This document shows positions 1 through 12,230 of a stretch of 44,825 nucleotides of DNA, piece by piece. Both the position numbers and the translations under genes were made by a program. This DNA is from an uncultured bacterium (GTDB lineage: Bacteria; Desulfobacterota; Binatia; HRBIN30). The stretch lies in the NCBI GenBank assembly GCA_937975525.1, contig CALJUJ010000119.1:1-44825 (forward strand), given 5' to 3'. Position 1 is the first letter of the stretch; every line of letters begins with the position of its first letter. Under the pieces are notes generated by a model. The model did no database searches, was not told the DNA's origin, and worked only from the letters and a program-made list of their open reading frames with translations.

Positions 1-564
1 GACGCGCGCGCCGGCCGCCGCCTCGCCGCCGTCGTGCCGGTCCTGCCGTGGGCCCGCCGCTTCGAACTGCGCGCGCTGTGCCAGTGGCGTTCGGTGCGCG
101 GCCCGTTCGTGCTGTCGAGCCTCGACGCGCTGCCCGTCGGCCCGGAACCCGCGCCGTTCGACAGCCGTCTGGAAGAGCGCCTCGCCGCGGCGCTCGCGCG
201 CGAGCTGGTCGGCTGGGAGGTGCTGCGCGAACCGGCGCCGCTGCCGGTCGGTGGCGGTCGCCTCGGGTTCCCGGACTTCGGGCTGTGGCGGTGCGGCGGG
301 GACGAACGGCCGTGGTGGGTGGAGCTGGCGGGGTTGCGGGATGGGGCGGGGTGTGGGGATCGGGCGGAGCTACGGGATGGAGCTGGGCTTGCCGGCAAGG
401 TCGAGGCGCTGCGGGCGGAGGAGCGCTACGTGCTGTGTCTGGAGGAGCGGTGGGTGAAGGGGGAGCTGGTCGGGCATCCGCGGGTGGTGGGGTTTCGGCG
501 GGGGGCGGTCGGTGGGGTGGTGGGGCGGTTGGTTCGGGTGCTGGGTGGCAGCGGATCGGCGTAG
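1..564 (+). CDS. C-terminal part of a DUF790/Bax1-like restriction-endonuclease-fold protein (5' end outside window)
   Basis: Frame is open from nt 1 to TAG at 562-564. GFPDFGL...WWVELAG resembles the nuclease core of DUF790. Contains an imperfect LRDGAG...LRDGAG internal duplication. Confidence 0.35.
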   Translation, partial: DARAGRRLAAVVPVLPWARRFELRALCQWRSVRGPFVLSSLDALPVGPEPAPFDSRLEERLAAALARELVGWEVLREPAPLPVGGGRLGFPDFGLWRCGGDERPWWVELAGLRDGAGCGDRAELRDGAGLAGKVEALRAEERYVLCLEERWVKGELVGHPRVVGFRRGAVGGVVGRLVRVLGGSGSA

Positions 565-683
565 CGATGCGAGAGCAGACGCTTCCCGCGCTTCGTTCGG
601 GCGCTCGGCGGCAGCCAGGGCGTTGCCTGGACCTTCAAGGGCTCGCGATGGGGCGGTCCCGGTCGCCTACGAGTCCCGGTTGC

Positions 684-999
684 CTACGATCTGCCGAGCA
701 TGGCCCGGAGCGGACCGACGAGGCCGTCGAGGTCCTGTTGGATCGTGTCCCACACGATCTTCGCATCCACGTCGAAGTAGGCGTGCACCAACGTGTTCCC
801 TATGCCTCGCATGACGCGCCACGGGACGTCGGGGTGCGCGGAGACGACCTCGTCGGGCACGCTCGCCGCAGCCTCGCCGATCACGATGAAGTCCGCGATC
901 ACGGCCTTGCGCGTCCTGGCGTCCTGCCGGAACTCGTCGAAGCTCGCGGACGAACGAACGGATTTCGTCGATCGCAGCGAGCATGTCCTCGATCCGCAT
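684..999 (-). pseudogene. hepT: HepT (DUF86) toxin of a HepT/MntA pair, disrupted by a 1-nt frameshift near 942
   Basis: N-terminal MRIEDMLAAIDEIRSFVRE lies in the frame of ORF 667..1044. C-terminal FDEFRQDARTRKAVIADFIVIGEAA...NTLVHAYFDVD lies in the frame of ORF 684..902. The span is 316 nt, not a multiple of 3. It starts 10 nt after the mntA stop. Confidence 0.6.
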
Positions 1000-1009
1000 C
1001 TCCCAGCGC

Positions 1010-1300
1010 CTACGCGACACGGACGGCCTCCGCGAGCGCGGCATCCCGGATGCTCGGCCGGAGGCTGTCCGGGGTTCCGAGATCGACCGGGCGACCGAGC
1101 ATCTCTTCGAGCAACAGCCGCACCCGGATCAGCCCGAGCAGTCCGGTCGGTCGCGAGAACTCCACCAGCATGTCGACGTCGCTGTCCGGGCGTGCCTCGT
1201 GCCGGGCGACGGACCCGAAGACCATGAGGGAGGCGACGCCGAGGGCCGAGAGCTGCTCCCGGTGCCTGCCGACGACCCGGCGGACGTCTTCGAGTTGCAT
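1010..1300 (-). CDS. mntA: MntA-type nucleotidyltransferase antitoxin
   Basis: 96 aa with the minimal nucleotidyltransferase motif GSVARHEARPDSDVDMLV (GS...DxD). Sits directly upstream of the DUF86 gene, the canonical MntA-HepT order. Confidence 0.8.
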   Translation of the reverse strand: MQLEDVRRVVGRHREQLSALGVASLMVFGSVARHEARPDSDVDMLVEFSRPTGLLGLIRVRLLLEEMLGRPVDLGTPDSLRPSIRDAALAEAVRVA

Positions 1301-1493
1301 GGCGTCGTCAGCTTAGCCGACGAGCGATGCCGGTGACGAGCGGCTTGGATCGGCGCAGCGTGGCACCGGTGCCGTCGTACGACCGTGACTCGAACGGCCC
1401 GGGTCCGGCCTCCCACCTCGCCTCGGGGTCGCAGGCATGGGAGGCTCCCGCATCCGGATGGTCGATGCCGTCCGCGGACCGATGGCAGCGCTC

Positions 1494-1643
1494 ATGCAAC
1501 AGATCGCCGGAGTCGACGGGTGTCGGGATGGCTGGGTCGTCGTGCGTCGCGAGACCGGGGGCGGCACGCCGCACGTGGAGGTGTTCGACGAGCTGCGCAA
1601 CGTGTTCGCGGATCCGGGCCTTCGTGTCATCGCCAAGCGGATC
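1494..1643 (+). pseudogene. N-terminal relic of a DUF429-like (RNase H-fold) protein
   Basis: MQQIAGVDGCRDGWVVV matches the typical DUF429 N-terminus. Only about 50 codons remain before the frame runs into the tRNA fragment at 1644. Confidence 0.3.
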
Positions 1644-1691
1644 GAATGGAGCGGGTGATCGGGATCGAACCGACGACATTCAGCTTGGGAA
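1644..1691 (-). repeat. attL: 48-bp copy of the 3' half of tRNA-Gly(CCC), distal island boundary
   Basis: gaatggagcgggtgatcgggatcgaaccgacgacattcagcttgggaa is identical, base for base, to 38603-38650. It lacks the 5' 30 nt of the tRNA. Confidence 0.85.
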
Positions 1692-1835
1692 ACCGGTCTG
1701 GTGGTGAGGAGGCGAATGAGGTCGACGGCGGACAGGCGCGGGCAAGTGCCGGCAATAGGGCGGGTTCCGGCAAACCCGAGCATGGGACTTGTGATGATGA
1801 TGAGGGCGACGAGGGACAGGCGAGGGTCGATTAGG

Positions 1836-1855
1836 TGGCACCAAAGTGGCACACG
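1836..1855 (+). promoter_or_regulatory. Arm-type repeat TGGCACCAAAGTGGCACACG (left arm), candidate integrase/Xis binding site
   Basis: 19/20 identical to 38541-38560 and in the same orientation. Lies 145 bp inside attL. Internally it is two TGGCAC units spaced 11 bp apart. Confidence 0.5.
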
Positions 1856-1902
1856 CACGCGCGAGGGCTTGCGCCGAGCCCGCGTGCTACGCGCGTAGTT
1901 TG

Positions 1903-2394
1903 CTAGCCACGCATGTTCGAGGCGGACGCTCTACCGGAGTCGCACGCATGGCACCCACATCCGCAGGCGGATGTGCGGGCCAGCGCCCGGCAGAGCGCTG
2001 CCTCGGCGCGCTCGAGGTCCCAGCCTTCGTCCTCAGCCTCTGCGCGCAGTCGTGTGAGAGCCCTTCCCATCGCGCGGTGAGCGCGGTCCAGGTCGATGTC
2101 AGGGGCGAAGTCGAGGAAGTGGACGACGAGTTTCGTCGACTCGCGCGAGACGAAGACGAAGCCCTCGCCGACGGCCATTCGTTCGCGGGCCCCGCCTTGG
2201 TGGACCACGCTCATGGCGCCGCAGCGGGTGACCGCGAGCAGGGGAGCGTGGCGAGGCAGCAGGCCGAAGTCTCCGTCGACACCGGGCAAGCGCACCGAGC
2301 GCACGGGTCCGACGAAGACGAGGCCTTCGGGTGATCGGATCCTGAGGTGGAGATGGCGATCGGATCGGGTCGGTGCGTCGTCGTGATGCGTCAC
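1903..2394 (-). CDS. ATP synthase epsilon (AtpC)-like protein with a Cys-rich C-terminal tail
   Basis: LHLRIRSPEGLVFVGPVRSVRLPGVDGDFGLLPRHAPLLAV follows the F1 epsilon beta-sandwich consensus, then comes a helical region. Tail is TSACGCGCHACDSG. No other ATP synthase genes are nearby. Confidence 0.7.
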   Translation of the reverse strand: MTHHDDAPTRSDRHLHLRIRSPEGLVFVGPVRSVRLPGVDGDFGLLPRHAPLLAVTRCGAMSVVHQGGARERMAVGEGFVFVSRESTKLVVHFLDFAPDIDLDRAHRAMGRALTRLRAEAEDEGWDLERAEAALCRALARTSACGCGCHACDSGRASASNMRG

Positions 2395-2407
2395 AGCCGC
2401 TGCAGCC

Positions 2408-3225
2408 TCAGCCTTCTCGTCCGGGTGTGTTGCCGATGGGCAGCGTCTGGCCGAATCGGCGGACCGCGCATTCGCGCAGGCAGTGCACGGCTGCGTCGAC
2501 GTCGTCGGTCAGCGTCAACCGCTCGAGATCCAGAGGGTCGATCGCTCCGCCTGCGAGTGGCGAATCGCGCAGGAAGCCGAACATCGGATCCCAGTAGTCT
2601 CGGCCCATCAGGATGATCGGGAAGTCGTACACCTTGCCCGTCTGAATCAGGGTCGCCGTCTCGAACACCTCGTCGAACGTGCCGAAACCGCCGGGCAGCG
2701 CGACGAAGCCGACGCTGTGCTTGAGCAGCATGACCTTGCGCACGAAGAAGTGGCGGAACTCCGCCCATCGCTGCACGTACGGGTTGGGCTTCTGCTCGTG
2801 AGGCAACACGATGTTGCAGCCGACGGACACGCCCTGGGCGTCCGTCGCGCCGCGGTTCGCGGCCTCCATGATCCCGGGGCCTCCGCCGGTCATCACGGCG
2901 AAGCCTTCGCTCGCGAGCCGTCCGCCGAGGGTCCTGGCCATCTGGTAGTAGCGGTGGCTCTCGTCGAAGCGCGCGGATCCGAACACCGTGATCGTCGGCG
3001 GAAGCCCGCGGAACGCGCGGAATCCCCTCACGAATTCGCCTGCGATCCTGAGCACGCGGCCCAGGTCCCTCAGGCGGCTGCCAGGACCAGCCAGGAAGTT
3101 CCTTTCCGAGTGATCGGGTGAGTGGCTGGCCCACTTCGCGTGCCCGAACTGGCACCAGTCAGCCGTGCGCTCGGCGCAAGGCGGGGACGCATCTCCGCCG
3201 CGGGCACCGTCGTGGTCTCGTGCCA

Positions 3226-3226
<1 letters not shown>
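2408..3226 (-). CDS. LOG/TIGR00730-family Rossmann protein (nucleotide 5'-monophosphate nucleosidase-like)
   Basis: Motifs VMTGGGPGIMEAANRGA and LPGGFGTFDEVFE (PGGxGTxxE). The ATG at 3226-3224 overlaps the cusA TGA at 3228-3226 (ATGA). Confidence 0.85.
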
Positions 3227-7135
<3,909 letters not shown>

Positions 7136-7146
<11 letters not shown>

Positions 7147-9475
7147 GGCGATCCTCGCGGGGCTCGAGGACCTCGATCGCGGTGCCGCAGTCCGACATGG
7201 CGGCGCCGTAGTAGGGGTTCTGCACCTGATCCGAGCCCTGCAGCCATCGTGCGCCGCGGCCGTCGAACGCCATCGGACAACGCATCACGTGGACCTTCGC
7301 TGGTGAGCCGAGTCCGCGGAGCGCCGCCTCCACACCATTCGAGACGCGCTCGAACGCCGCTCGTGCACCATCGATGTCCTCGCTCTCTGCGAGCTGCCGG
7401 GCGTTCGTGGCGACCGTGCCCGTCAGCGTCTGCCAGGCATCGCGTGCCACGGCCGGGAGGGCCGCCGCTTCGACGCCTTCGGTTGTGTTCGCCAGCTTCG
7501 CGGCGGCCGACTGCGCGCGGCTGAGGTCATCCGCTGCGAGGCCGGCGTGCAGCTCGGAGTAGGCCTCCCAGCCCCGCGCGAGGGCCGCGCGAGCGGGTTC
7601 CGGTAGCGCGACGGGCTTGCTCGATGGCGGTTCTGCACTCGTCCCGAAGTGCTTGCGCATCATCTCGACCGACTCGGTGAGCTTCGCGAGGCTGGCCCTC
7701 GCGGCCTGCGCATCGGCGGACGTGCGGCCCTCGAACGCGTCGTTCGACAGGCGCATCGAAAGCTCCATCCACATCTTGTGGGATTCCCCCTCGAACAGCT
7801 GCATCGGCGTGCCGGCAACGGTCTCGCCGAGCCGGTCGAACTGTTCCTTGACGCGATCGACGTCGCCCGCATCGACGGCAGCGGTGATGTCGGCGTAGGC
7901 CCGTTCGATGCGCTGTAGGCGCGCGCGTGCATCCGCCGAGAGCATGGCGGTGTGGCCCTGGCCCGATGGCATCGCCATCTTCTTGGTCTCCGCACCGCCG
8001 CCGTGGTTGTGCCCGCCTGCGGGTTGGCCGCCAGCTGGGCTCATCATGCTCGGTCTGGCCTGGAGCTGGAGTGCGCTGTCGATCTTGAAGTTGCCTTCGG
8101 CAACCACGAGCTCGCCCGCCTGCAGGCCATGAAGGACGACGTACTGGTCGCCCGCTCGCGGGCCTAGCACCACCTCCCGCCCCTCGTAGGTCGGGGCCTG
8201 TCGCTCGGGCAGCTCGACGTAGACGATGGCGCGCGTGCCGGTGACGAGCGCGGCGGAGACCGGGATGACGAGCGGCGCTTCGTCTTGCGCCTCGGAGACG
8301 GATACGTAGCCGAGCTCGTGTGCGGGGACGAGGTCCATGCCGCAGATGTCGCACTTGCCGGGGCCGTCCTTCACGATCTCGGGGTGCATCGGCGAGATCC
8401 ACTTGCCGACGAGGGATGGATCCATGACCTTGCCGGCGCCGGCGATGCGGGCCGAGACGGTCGCGTGCACGAACATGTCCGGCTTGAGCAGGCCGTCGGG
8501 GTTGGGCACGTTGACCCGGACCTTGACCGTGCGCGTGTGACGGTCGAGGACGGGGTCGATGAAGGAGATGCGGCCGCGGAACTGCCGTCCGCCGTAGGCC
8601 TCCGTCTCGAACGAGACCTGCTGCCCGTAGCGTAGCCACTCGAGATCGCTCTCGTAGGCGTCCAGCTGCACCCATACCTGGCTCAGGTCCGCGATCGTGA
8701 AGATGCGTGTGCCCGTCTGGACGTACATGCCTTCCTGGGCGCTGCGGTGGATCACCAGACCCGAAGAGGGTGCGTGGATCGTGACGTGCTCCTCGGCGGA
8801 TCCGCGCTCCTCGATGGCGTCGATCTGCTCCTTCGAGATGCCCCAGAGGCGCAGCTTCTCGCGCGCCGAATCGATCGTGCCTCGAGCCGACGCACGGAGG
8901 GACTCGAACTCGCTCTTCTGCAGGTCGGTGAGCGCGGCCTTCGCCTGAAGCAGCTCCTCCTGCGCGCTGTAGAGCTCCGGGCTGTACAGCTTGACCATGT
9001 GGTCGCCCTTCTTGACGGTCACGCCGGTGAAGTCGACGTACAACTCGTCGATCCGTCCGGGAACCCAGGCGGTGATGTAGCCGAGCCGGGTCTCGTCGTA
9101 GGTGACCTTGCCGACGAGGCGCACCCGTGCATCGGGGAATCGCTTCTCGACGGGGACCGTTCGCACGCGCATGAGGGCACGTTGTTCCGGTCGTATCGTC
9201 AGCTGTCGGAGTCCGCCCGAGTCGCCGCCGCTCGCGGCCCGGATCAGGTCCATCCCGCAAATGGGGCACTTGCCCTGTGACGGCATGCGGATCTGTGGAT
9301 GCATCGAGCAGGTCCACACCTCGGCTGCGGGTGCATGGCCCTCGTGTGCGGTCGTCGAGGGGGGCGAGTGCGAGGGCGCAGCTGCGTTGCCCCAAAGGAA
9401 GTAACCGGCGCCGAGGCCCACGATGATGGCGGCGGCGAGCAGCGCGGTCAGACGGTAGGGCTTCCTTGCGTTCAT
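7136..9475 (-). CDS. cusB: CusB-like periplasmic adaptor with two Cys-rich heavy-metal-binding motifs and a long helical C-terminal extension (779 aa)
   Basis: Start chosen at MNARKPYRLTALLAAAIIV (TM/signal). WTCSMHPQIRMPSQGKCPICGMDL and WISPMHPEIVKDGPGKCDICGMDL flank the membrane-fusion core. The C-terminus ends MRCPMAFDGRGARWLQ (DUF3347-like). Overlaps the cusA start by 11 nt. Confidence 0.85.
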
Positions 9476-9479
9476 CTTC

Positions 9480-10883
9480 CTAGTTCTCCTTGGTGGGCTG
9501 TTCCACGCCCGAGTCCTTCGTGGGGATCGCGTGGCCGACGAGTCGCTCGAGCACCGCACGCCACTGTCCGTGGTCCGCGCGCGACCGCTCGAAGGACAGT
9601 TCGAAGGACAGCAGCATCCGCTGGGCATCCACCAGGTCGGAGAAGCTCCCGCTCCCTGCGCTGTATGACGCCTGTGTCGTGGCCAGCGACTCGCGCGCCT
9701 TTGGCAGCAGCGTGTCGCGGTAGAGAGCGATCTGTCGTTCTGCGTCGCGGATGCGGAAGAGGGCCGTCGCCGCCTCCGCCTGGAACTTGTTGAGCAGGTC
9801 TCCTCGCTTCAGGGCCGTCGAGAACTGGCGCGCCTGGGACTCGCGGACGGCCGCGCGGTACTTGCCACGGGCAAGCGGTAGATTGAAGGAGACGCCGGCG
9901 ATGACGGCGTCGTCGCCGCTGCCCGCGACCCCGGACATGCGTGCATCGCCGGTGGCCAGGTAGTCGACGCCGAACGTGAAGTCGGGGTAGAAGTCCTTCT
10001 CGGCGCGTTCGGCCGCGGCCCTCGCAGCGTCGATCTCGTGCCGCATCGCGAGGAGCTCCGGATTGCTCGTGGCGATCCACCCGAGGACCTCCTCGTCGGG
10101 GGCTCCGAGCGGATGGACGTCGGCCTGCGTGGGGAACGGAATCGGTGTCGACTTCGGGCGATTGAGCGCGGCGTTCAGTCGCGCGACGAACGGCGCCTTG
10201 CGATCGCCGAGGCTGGCGAGCTGGTTCTCCAGCTGGCCGAGCTCGACCTGAGCACGGATGATGTCGGGGTGGTTGGCGGCTCCGGCTCCGTAGCGGGTGC
10301 GGGCGACTCGCTCGAGCTGCTGGATGAGGTCGCGGTTGCCGCGGACGACCTCGACGGCCCGCCCCAGATGGTAGTACTCCAGGTAGGCATCGATGACCTC
10401 GGCGACCAGCGAGTCCTTCTTCGCCTCGAACCGCTCCTTGGCGGCGTCCGCAGCGCGGGAAGCGATCTGGCCCTGGAGTTCGAGCTTGCCGAACCAGGGC
10501 AGCGTCTGGGAGAGCCCGAACGCGTGCTGCTGCGGGCCGACGCGGGTCTCGACCTCCTGGATGTAGTACCGGTAGCTGAGCCTCGGGTCCGGGAGCGCTG
10601 TCACCTGGGGAATGCGCTCCATCGCGGCGACGTAGTCCTGGAACGCGGCTTCCAATCCGGGGTTGTTGAGCAGCGCGTAACGGATGTAGGTATCGAGGTC
10701 CGAGTTGATCGTGAAGTCCGGCAGCTGCGGCCGGTCGGCGCGCATCCCGGCCGGCGCGCTGGTGTAGGGGCCGATTGGCGTCGCGCGTGGGTAGGACCTG
10801 CACGCCGCCATCGTGATCAGGAGGCAACAGAGGCCGTATCCGACGTGGACTCTCGTCCTCTTGCATGGTGCTGTCGTCTTCAT
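9480..10883 (-). CDS. cusC: CusC-like outer-membrane factor lipoprotein
   Basis: Start chosen at MKTTAPCK..., with lipobox LLITMAAC. Two-repeat OMF helical pattern. Its stop lies 4 nt before the cusB ATG. Confidence 0.85.
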   Translation of the reverse strand: MKTTAPCKRTRVHVGYGLCCLLITMAACRSYPRATPIGPYTSAPAGMRADRPQLPDFTINSDLDTYIRYALLNNPGLEAAFQDYVAAMERIPQVTALPDPRLSYRYYIQEVETRVGPQQHAFGLSQTLPWFGKLELQGQIASRAADAAKERFEAKKDSLVAEVIDAYLEYYHLGRAVEVVRGNRDLIQQLERVARTRYGAGAANHPDIIRAQVELGQLENQLASLGDRKAPFVARLNAALNRPKSTPIPFPTQADVHPLGAPDEEVLGWIATSNPELLAMRHEIDAARAAAERAEKDFYPDFTFGVDYLATGDARMSGVAGSGDDAVIAGVSFNLPLARGKYRAAVRESQARQFSTALKRGDLLNKFQAEAATALFRIRDAERQIALYRDTLLPKARESLATTQASYSAGSGSFSDLVDAQRMLLSFELSFERSRADHGQWRAVLERLVGHAIPTKDSGVEQPTKEN

Positions 10884-10974
10884 CAGTGTGTCGACTCGCT
10901 GTGTGCAGATCGTGGAGGCCGCTCTCCTCGAGGGCGGCACACCGAAGCCATCGGTGCGAAGGCGGGCGGGTGGA

Positions 10975-11973
10975 TCAGTATCCCGCCCCGCTGATGATCT
11001 TCGCCTGCAGGATCAGTGAGTGCAGCTGGTGGGAGTCCTTGTTCTGCGGGTCGATCTCACAGGCCTTGTTGCACCACTCGCTCGCGTCCGACAGTGCCTC
11101 GCGTTCGAGATAGATCTGGCCGAGGGCGAGGTAGGCTGCGGTCAGGCGGCTCTGCAATTGTGTCTGAGCAGCCGCAAGACGGTCGGCAGCGCCGGGGGCA
11201 CTCGTCGACGTGGACGCGGCGGCTGCGTCCTCTGGACCTACCAGGTCGTGAACGCCCTTCCAGACCTTCTCGAGCCGGGCGATCCCTCGTTGCAGGCGGC
11301 GTTGGTCTCGCATCTTGCCGTGGGCGGGAGCCGCGAGGTCCTCCGTGCTGCGATCCAAAGCGCGACGGATCCTCTTGGTGGCCGCAACGGCCTCCTTCTC
11401 GCCGACGATGCGTGCGTCCGTTGCGGCGAGGGAGCGCAACTTCGCGAGCAAGTCTCGCGCGGCACGGGCGGCGGGCGTGTCCGCGTAGTCGCGGAGGATC
11501 GCCTCTGCGGCGAGCCTGGCGGAACCGTAGCGGCCGGCGTCAGCATCGGAGGTCGCGGCGTGCAGGATCTCGTCGGCGATCGACTGTCGCAGGCCTTCGA
11601 CGAGATGCTGGCTCGCTTCGGCAAGGGCGGGGTCGCGGCGGGCAGCTTCGCGTGCTTCGGCGATGCCGAAGGCGAACAGGCCGAGTTCGCGACAGGTCTG
11701 GGCGAGTTCGAGGTGCGCCTTGCCGCTGGTTTGATCCAGACGCCCGGAAAGGATGGCATACATCGAGCTTGGCTTGATGTCGGAGCGATCGAGCACGCGC
11801 GTTTCGACGCGAGGGAAGGTCACGGCGATCTCGACGGTAGATGCCTTCACGTTCACCACGCTTCCGATGACGATCTCACCGCCTCGGAGCGCGATCCCCT
11901 GTGCTGGGGCGGTTGCAGCGAGCAGGAGGGTGGTGGCGAGCGCGATGCAAGCCATGGGGATGAGTCGGGTCAT
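10975..11973 (-). CDS. Secreted helical/TPR-like protein, first gene of the sigma54-driven cus operon
   Basis: Start at MTRLIPMACIALATTLLLAATAPAQG (signal peptide). The C-terminal end AAYLALGQIYLEREALSDASEWCNKACEIDPQN is TPR-like. A sigma54 promoter lies about 70 nt upstream. Confidence 0.55.
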   Translation of the reverse strand: MTRLIPMACIALATTLLLAATAPAQGIALRGGEIVIGSVVNVKASTVEIAVTFPRVETRVLDRSDIKPSSMYAILSGRLDQTSGKAHLELAQTCRELGLFAFGIAEAREAARRDPALAEASQHLVEGLRQSIADEILHAATSDADAGRYGSARLAAEAILRDYADTPAARAARDLLAKLRSLAATDARIVGEKEAVAATKRIRRALDRSTEDLAAPAHGKMRDQRRLQRGIARLEKVWKGVHDLVGPEDAAAASTSTSAPGAADRLAAAQTQLQSRLTAAYLALGQIYLEREALSDASEWCNKACEIDPQNKDSHQLHSLILQAKIISGAGY

Positions 11974-12043
11974 GAGACTGCTCCGGTGGTAGGTGCTGGC
12001 GTGTCCCCGGGAGCTGGCGCCGCGGGCAGCCGCGCGACCCTGG

Positions 12044-12058
12044 GCAACATGCGTGCCG
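12044..12058 (-). promoter_or_regulatory. sigma54 -24/-12 promoter (CGGCAC-GCATG-TTGC) for the 11973-to-1903 operon
   Basis: The reverse complement of 12044-12058 reads CGGCACGCATGTTGC, an exact GGCAC-N5-TTGC. It is about 70 nt upstream of the ATG at 11973 and next to a gene for a sigma54 activator. Confidence 0.6.
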
Positions 12059-12075
12059 ATGGGCGGCGAGACCTC

Positions 12076-12091
12076 AGGCACGGTCGTTGCT
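12076..12091 (+). promoter_or_regulatory. sigma54 -24/-12 promoter (AGGCAC-GGTCG-TTGCT) facing the sensor kinase gene
   Basis: Exact GGCAC-N5-TTGC on the plus strand, 120-140 nt upstream of the kinase start and divergent from the promoter at 12044. Confidence 0.45.
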
Positions 12092-12099
12092 TCCGGTTC

Positions 12100-12121
12100 G
12101 GCACGTCACTTGGGACGTGCC
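12100..12121. promoter_or_regulatory. Perfect palindrome GGCACGTC-N6-GACGTGCC, candidate enhancer/activator binding site
   Basis: 8-bp arms with a 6-nt spacer in the divergent intergenic region, 45-75 bp upstream of the minus-strand sigma54 promoter. Confidence 0.4.
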
Positions 12122-12230
12122 CATGCCCTGTAGCTTGCCGCAGGCGTTCCGAGCAGGTTTCCTTGGCGACTGCACCGTGGGTGTGCGCACTTGCGCGTAG
12201 CTGACCCGGTTGCGCCGCGACCAGATCCTG

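Noticed and set aside
330-400. Imperfect LRDGAG…LRDGAG duplication in the first partial CDS as a meaningful tandem repeat
   Set aside because: There are only two diverged copies inside a Gly/Arg-rich region of a partial gene, so this is likely a trivial slippage remnant.
1836-1855. Reading the TGGCAC-N5-TGGC repeats (also at 38541-38560) as sigma54 promoters
   Set aside because: The -12 element is TGGC rather than TTGC. Both copies point into antisense or tRNA sequence with no downstream gene. Their symmetric placement inside the two att ends fits recombination arm sites better.
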